This document shows positions 58,515-64,000 of a DNA stretch of 64,000 nucleotides, one piece after another. The DNA is from an uncultured virus (IMG/VR IMGVR_UViG_3300022555_000044) (lineage: Duplodnaviria > Heunggongvirae > Uroviricota > Caudoviricetes): IMG/VR virus record IMGVR_UViG_3300022555_000044. One strand, written 5' to 3'. Within the stretch, counting starts at the first letter, position 1; every line of letters starts with the position of its first letter. The position numbers were made by a program, and so were the translations under genes. The notes under the pieces are model-generated. The model was not told the DNA's origin. It did no database searches and worked only from the letters and a program-made list of their open reading frames with translations.

Positions 58515-60566
58515 ATGTCTGAAGAAGCAATTTTCTTTAATCAAACAATATGGAATGGATTTGATAAATTTATTTCATCATCTAGTTTCAACGTTGATAA
58601 ATTTGTAGTTAAAGAACCTTGGGGCGTTAGTCCACCAAGAATCAGATTGAGTATTAATAACTACAAGGCAAAATCTAATAGTTCAATTTCATTATCTCAT
58701 CAAGAAGTTTTCGTTTTTCTTCAGCAGTTTAAAAAGTTTGAAGATAAAATTTCTTCTATAATCAAAGAGATTTCCGAAGATCAGAATAAGCAACATACTT
58801 TTTCGATTAAGAACAAGAAGAATCTTTTCATTACATTTATGCATCGTTCAGAGTATAACGGAACATGTATTAGAATAGTAATCAGTGAGAAGAATAACGA
58901 TTATCTAGATAGCGAAAAAACATATCTCCCTATAATGGATTTTTTATCTTTGGTAATGGTACTTGGTCAGTTCAGAAATAACTATCTATCGACTATTGAT
59001 TCGATGACCACAATCATGTCGATTAACGATATGGCTCAGAAGATAACCAGTTTAGATGAAAAATTAACTGGTTACTATTCTGAACTATCTGCAAAGAATA
59101 CATTATTTCAAAATGATACATTAATCAAGAAACATAATTTATCAATAGAATACAGTCCTTTTGATGAAGATCTTACAACTAAAAAATTAGAAATTATTGA
59201 AGCATCAATAGAACCAGAATCTTCATCATCTAGTTCTACAGTAGATTCTTTTAAACCATCTGAAGTTCATGATGATTTATCTAGTTTCATTAATGATAAA
59301 CGAGAAACTTTTGATTTGGGTATTACTGAAACACAAAGGCCTCCTGCAATTACTAAAGATGCTACTATTATGCCTGTGACTTTCACCGAGAAGATGCTTG
59401 GTAATGATCTTAGTAATCTAGAAATGTATATAATGAATCTGATCAATGATGATCTGCCTCTTAGTAAATTTTCAGAATTAATTAAATCGAAATTAAACTT
59501 TGATGCTTTGGAAGGAATTTCTTCTGAAAATATAAACGAAATGGATTATATATCTACGTTATTTTTGAAGAGTATTATTAAAGATAATCTGAATGATAAG
59601 AAAGAAATTCCAAATTCGGTTCCCCCTGTAATCTTTGATAATATTACTGCTAATGAGAATAAGATTTCTTTAGCATATGATTTATGCTTATATTGTATAT
59701 ACTATAGTCATCTTAGAAATATATTAAAAGATAAAGATTATGGTGTAGTTGCGAATAAAGAACTAGTATCGTTTGCTTTAAAAGTTATCTCTGCACCGTA
59801 TGTATTTAGTTTTATGAAATTAATTGATGATAAAATTCTTGCTGCTGAACTTATAAACAGATATCACAGATACAGAAATAATGGTGTATTTGATAAAGTT
59901 GAAGCACAGATTAAAGAAACTCGTTCTATTACCATATCAATACTCGATGAAGTAATTAGAACAGAAGCTACTAGATTTCATTCTATCATTATACAGAGAT
60001 GGGATAGTTTGGTTGTTGAGGCCACTTTTAAAGATAGAAATAGTATCTTAAAGTTAGAAGATTTTAAGAAAAACAAACTATCCAAAGAACAAATTAAAAA
60101 GATTTTGCTTGCGGAGTTTAGTTTTAAAAAGAATAATCAAGTTAATTTTAAAGAAGCCGGTATAGATAGTTTTGATGATATTCCATTATCTATTTCTGTA
60201 AAATTTGGTATAATAAAGCAAAAATTCGATAATACCAATTTGAAAAGATTCGTAAAAGAAAAATGCAAAGATAATCCGGATTTGAATTCTAAATGTTTGG
60301 AAGTTGTAGATTATATCAATGAAAGTTTTAAGGATTTGAAGGATAAAGTAATTGATTATTCAATTATTCCAGAAGAAATATTGAAAGCTATGATTCTGTG
60401 GGATTTGAAAAATGATTCAAAACTTTCAAATAATTACATTTATTTAACTGAGCAAGTTAAGAAATCTACTTTGAGTAGAGATATGATCATAACAATGTTA
60501 ATGAATACAAGTAACGCAAATGATCCAGATTTTACTAAATCATTTTTAGCATCTAGAGACGAGTAA
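58515..60566 (+). CDS. Hypothetical protein
   Basis: 683-aa ORF with AAGGAG RBS; no motif recognised. Confidence 0.65.
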   Translation: MSEEAIFFNQTIWNGFDKFISSSSFNVDKFVVKEPWGVSPPRIRLSINNYKAKSNSSISLSHQEVFVFLQQFKKFEDKISSIIKEISEDQNKQHTFSIKNKKNLFITFMHRSEYNGTCIRIVISEKNNDYLDSEKTYLPIMDFLSLVMVLGQFRNNYLSTIDSMTTIMSINDMAQKITSLDEKLTGYYSELSAKNTLFQNDTLIKKHNLSIEYSPFDEDLTTKKLEIIEASIEPESSSSSSTVDSFKPSEVHDDLSSFINDKRETFDLGITETQRPPAITKDATIMPVTFTEKMLGNDLSNLEMYIMNLINDDLPLSKFSELIKSKLNFDALEGISSENINEMDYISTLFLKSIIKDNLNDKKEIPNSVPPVIFDNITANENKISLAYDLCLYCIYYSHLRNILKDKDYGVVANKELVSFALKVISAPYVFSFMKLIDDKILAAELINRYHRYRNNGVFDKVEAQIKETRSITISILDEVIRTEATRFHSIIIQRWDSLVVEATFKDRNSILKLEDFKKNKLSKEQIKKILLAEFSFKKNNQVNFKEAGIDSFDDIPLSISVKFGIIKQKFDNTNLKRFVKEKCKDNPDLNSKCLEVVDYINESFKDLKDKVIDYSIIPEEILKAMILWDLKNDSKLSNNYIYLTEQVKKSTLSRDMIITMLMNTSNANDPDFTKSFLASRDE

Positions 60567-60582
60567 TAATTAAAGGAAATAT

Positions 60583-61203
60583 ATGTTAACACTAGGAAAT
60601 AAACTAAATCGAGTATATACTTTGTATTTACCATTCATGGATGATTTTTGCGAAATATCAATTTTGTTTAATAAATCTAATTCTTTTGTTGGTTTTAATA
60701 TAGATCAGAAAAATTATATCAAATCACGAAATAATGATTGTAAATGTTTTATTTTTAATGATCTTAGTAAATCTGCTTTTGCAACTGCATTTTTAGATTT
60801 GCGAGATTTTAGAAGTAAAAATCTAGATATACAGCATCAATTTCATAATATTTTACCTAACTTTAAAGATAGAATTCATTATGAAACCAATGAAACAATT
60901 AAGTTATCAAAAGTTTCTACACCAAAAGGAAAATTAGAAAGTTGTATTTATATCTACGTATTTAGGTTGACAGATCATGGAAATAACTTTGTTTATTGCT
61001 TGGTTGAGAGACAACATATTGATGTGGTATTAGATAAGAAAATAGTTAGAACTTTTGCGGTTCAATTGTGTTCAAATGATTGTCATGAAGATTTAACGTC
61101 TATGATCGAAGCATCTAACAGAGATGTGGTTCAAACTGAATCTGTTGATTCTCTACGAGATATATTTGCAGAACGAAAGAACGTTAATGTACACGAAGAT
61201 TAA
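60583..61203 (+). CDS. Hypothetical protein
   Basis: 206-aa ORF with AAAGGA RBS. Confidence 0.6.
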   Translation: MLTLGNKLNRVYTLYLPFMDDFCEISILFNKSNSFVGFNIDQKNYIKSRNNDCKCFIFNDLSKSAFATAFLDLRDFRSKNLDIQHQFHNILPNFKDRIHYETNETIKLSKVSTPKGKLESCIYIYVFRLTDHGNNFVYCLVERQHIDVVLDKKIVRTFAVQLCSNDCHEDLTSMIEASNRDVVQTESVDSLRDIFAERKNVNVHED

Positions 61204-61243
61204 CTTCATATTTTTCTACGAATAAATTAAAAGGATTTATTCA

Positions 61244-63187
61244 ATGTCATTTAAACCAGTAGTTCGAAGACAGACTGTGGATACGTTTTTTATCCATAAT
61301 TGTTTTGGTTCTTTCTTTAGTGGTGTACTGGATTTCTTTGGTGATGAATTTTATCCGAGATTTAATTACAAAGTTATTGGCGCGTATGACAAGGCTGTGA
61401 AATTTTTAAACGATAGAAAACAAATGGGTGTCGATCCTAATGGACCGATTCTTCCTGCTATTAGTCTCGATCCGATGTTGGATTTTTCAAATGAAGAACG
61501 CGGTGGTAGATTTTTATGGCAGCATAGAACATTAGCACCCGGTATAGGAATGAGATTATTTAAATCGATAGATTTAGCAGAACAGGATATTATAGTAACT
61601 CCTGTTTTTTCACGGTATCAAGGAACTTTTGAAATAACTTTTTGGTTATCATCAGTTTATGAATTAATTGATTTTCGAGTAGCATTACTTCAATTTTGTG
61701 GTGGTTTTAATAGATGGATTCGTCCAACATATTTTTGGTCTTATTTGATTCTACCTGAAGAGATAGAAAATTATACTAATGAAGACGGAAAAAAAGTTAG
61801 TTGGTCAAATACTTATGCTGAAGTAATTCATGTTGATACTATCAACAAGCATAAGTTGGCTCATCCAATAGCATTAGATCCGATCTGGAAACTAGAATCA
61901 TTTTCTGATGCATCAACAAAACATGGCGGCGATCAACTCGCAGAATACAAACTGACAGCATCATTTGCATACGAAGTAAATATTCCAACTTATCTAGTAT
62001 TATCAAGAGGAATAGATCCGAAGATTCAACTTAGTTTTTCGATAGGTAAGACATATACAAAATATCCATTGGTATCACCATTTAAGATTTTACAATCCGT
62101 ATCAGAAATAGATAAAACAAGAACTTATGTTTCTCCTAAATTTAAACTTTTTACTTTTATAAATCAGGAATTGGCACGAAAGAATATTATATGTACTTTT
62201 TCAAGTAATACATTTTCATATCCAGATAAGATTCCTAGTTGGAATTATATTATTTCTGGTCCAATAGTTGAAATTTCTAAATCGTGGTTAAGTAATCCAC
62301 AGAATATAATCAATAAGAATATGATTATTTATTTTGATAAGTATATTCCTGATTATCTTCCTGCTATAAGATCTTGTCATGGCGTAATTTCTAAAACGGA
62401 TTCATCTTCAAGCGATGCTTATCAGAAATGTCATATATTGAAAAAAGCATTTTTGGGGAATTTAACTTCAAATGAAGCAACTATTGTTAAAAATTTAAAT
62501 GGGCAAATAGTTACATTGGATACTTTAAATAGAAAGTTATATTCTGGAAGTTTAGAAATTGAGCAAGCAGATGAAAATGATTCCTCCGCGGGTTATGATA
62601 CTGTTGCTCAGATTAAACAAAACGATCCAGAACTATATACCGAAGCAGTACAGGTAGCAGAAGATTCAGAGCCAATCAATTTTATTCCGGTTAATAAAGG
62701 CGGACCAGAAAATTCAGATGAGTTTACTAAACGATTATTGGTTAGTAATTGTAATGGTATTCAATCACAATTTGTGTTGGATTTTATTATTGATGATGCC
62801 CAATTAAGTAGATTTTTTATATACGTTGATAATTCTTTAAAAAGACAACCAGTAGATTTTACTATTATTGATAAATCAGTAATTTCTTTTCATGAACCAC
62901 CACCAAAAGGATCAGATGTTTATATTGGTGGAACTACTATGGTAATTAGAACTTCTAAATTAATTGGATTATATGAATTTACAGTAGATGATGTTACTAA
63001 TGATATTCCGCCAATTAAAGTTGTATTACCTCAAAAAGTAGATCGACAAGAAGATTTAGTTGTTGTCTCCTACTCTGGAAAATTAGAATATGAGAAAGAT
63101 TATATTTTAGAATCTGATAATACTACTGTTGATGTTTTGATTAAACCAATCGCAGATGAAATTGTACAATTCTTTTATTTTGTTTAA
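61244..63187 (+). CDS. Probable virion protein (tail-completion gp15-like N-terminus, beta-rich C-terminal repeats)
   Basis: ILPAISLDP...PVFSRYQGTFEITFW loosely resembles gp15; NGIQSQFVL...VDFTI...ISFHEPPPKG tail-type repeat. Confidence 0.4.
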   Translation: MSFKPVVRRQTVDTFFIHNCFGSFFSGVLDFFGDEFYPRFNYKVIGAYDKAVKFLNDRKQMGVDPNGPILPAISLDPMLDFSNEERGGRFLWQHRTLAPGIGMRLFKSIDLAEQDIIVTPVFSRYQGTFEITFWLSSVYELIDFRVALLQFCGGFNRWIRPTYFWSYLILPEEIENYTNEDGKKVSWSNTYAEVIHVDTINKHKLAHPIALDPIWKLESFSDASTKHGGDQLAEYKLTASFAYEVNIPTYLVLSRGIDPKIQLSFSIGKTYTKYPLVSPFKILQSVSEIDKTRTYVSPKFKLFTFINQELARKNIICTFSSNTFSYPDKIPSWNYIISGPIVEISKSWLSNPQNIINKNMIIYFDKYIPDYLPAIRSCHGVISKTDSSSSDAYQKCHILKKAFLGNLTSNEATIVKNLNGQIVTLDTLNRKLYSGSLEIEQADENDSSAGYDTVAQIKQNDPELYTEAVQVAEDSEPINFIPVNKGGPENSDEFTKRLLVSNCNGIQSQFVLDFIIDDAQLSRFFIYVDNSLKRQPVDFTIIDKSVISFHEPPPKGSDVYIGGTTMVIRTSKLIGLYEFTVDDVTNDIPPIKVVLPQKVDRQEDLVVVSYSGKLEYEKDYILESDNTTVDVLIKPIADEIVQFFYFV

Positions 63188-63226
63188 GTTTTGATAATTG
63201 TGAATAAATTCTAAAGGAGTTTTATC

Positions 63227-64000
63227 ATGGATCAGTGGGCAATTAGTTCATCTCAATTTTTTGGATATTATCCAAAATATGAGTACTTGGATAATATATT
63301 ATCTGTAACCGGTAGAAAGAAATTAAATCTATACGTTGATGTAAAAGGTTGCGCAACATCTTTGTTTCAAGAATGGGCAGTTAAGCATATATTAGAACAC
63401 AGTAAAGATTCGATTACTGTAGATACATCTTTATTTGCTGGAGTTTTGGAATTCATTCAGTGGCATAAACTATATGCTAAAAAAAGACAGATTGATATAA
63501 ATTTTTATTTCTTTATGGAAAGTGGGAAATCAACATATCATTTAGAAGTGTATAAAGATTATAAAGCTCTCCGTGGTGTTAGTGATATGTTTGGATTAGA
63601 TTTAGCATCGAGAGAACTATTTCATAAAATTTTAGATCGAAATTATAATGTCACTGATAAGGTAGTTAATAAATTACCGAATTGTAATTTTATTAGATTG
63701 AATTTTCTTGAAGCCGACTTTATGCCATATTATTTGATGAAACACATCCTACCAAAAGAGAATGTTGATTCTGCTGCTAATATTATCTATAGTACTGATA
63801 AAGATATGCTTCAGTGTTTAGATGGAACTAATATATTTCAATTTTATAGGCACTATAAGCAAGTTAAGATGCTTGCGTATAAGGATATTTATACCCATTT
63901 TCCTAAAGTAGAATTGGAAGTAAATGATCCTGCATCTTGGTTTCCGTTGGTGTTATCTATCATTGGTGATGATTCAGATGGATTTAAGGGTGTAAAGGGA
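63227..64000 (+). CDS. rnh: 5'-3' exonuclease / T4 RNase H-like (partial, runs off the window)
   Basis: Translated by hand: YKDYKALR, LEADF, STDKDMLQ, IGDDSDGFKGVKG (H3TH motif); RBS AAGGAG. Confidence 0.85.
   Translation, partial: MDQWAISSSQFFGYYPKYEYLDNILSVTGRKKLNLYVDVKGCATSLFQEWAVKHILEHSKDSITVDTSLFAGVLEFIQWHKLYAKKRQIDINFYFFMESGKSTYHLEVYKDYKALRGVSDMFGLDLASRELFHKILDRNYNVTDKVVNKLPNCNFIRLNFLEADFMPYYLMKHILPKENVDSAANIIYSTDKDMLQCLDGTNIFQFYRHYKQVKMLAYKDIYTHFPKVELEVNDPASWFPLVLSIIGDDSDGFKGVKG

Noticed and set aside
3763..60634. Antisense or nested ORFs in the track (e.g. 3763..4197, 4944..5264, 30170..30499, 30754..31041, 35442..35774, 37456..37851, 49629..49832, 58070..58339)
   Set aside because: They shadow longer motif-bearing genes and lack recognisable motifs or clear RBSs
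1..64000. Active stop-codon reassignment
   Set aside because: Core genes and very long ORFs are intact under the standard code, with high coding density
1..64000. Eukaryotic giant virus or cellular chromosome origin (PolB, RFC-like subunit, glycosyltransferases, KhpA)
   Set aside because: T4-like portal, protease and capsid genes, Shine-Dalgarno motifs, overlapping operons and intrinsic terminators indicate a tailed prokaryotic virus

Overview
AT-rich segment of a large T4-like (myovirus/jumbo-type) bacteriophage genome, read in the standard genetic code. It holds a head module (portal, acidic core-like proteins, prohead protease, major capsid protein) and a replication module (family B polymerase, clamp loader, primase, probable sliding clamp, DnaB/gp41-type helicase, partial 5'-3' exonuclease). 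It also carries 7-deazaguanine DNA-modification genes (QueE, QueC, a TGT/DpdA-like transglycosylase), purine salvage and nucleotide-pool enzymes, two very large adhesin/tail-type proteins flanking five glycosyltransferases, and eight free-standing endonuclease genes, seven of which share recombined modules. The most notable non-coding signals are: (1) an ORF-free, densely base-paired ~690-nt region at 131-819 ending in an intrinsic terminator, a candidate large ncRNA; (2) a G7AG6 tract followed by a duplicated double-hairpin motif at the strand switch (53509-53609), a candidate replication origin; (3) a recurring GAAYAAAWTA motif upstream of genes, a candidate phage promoter. All calls come from reading motifs by eye; no database search was run. 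Several starts were moved from the ORF track to a downstream ATG where an RBS or stop/start overlap supports it.
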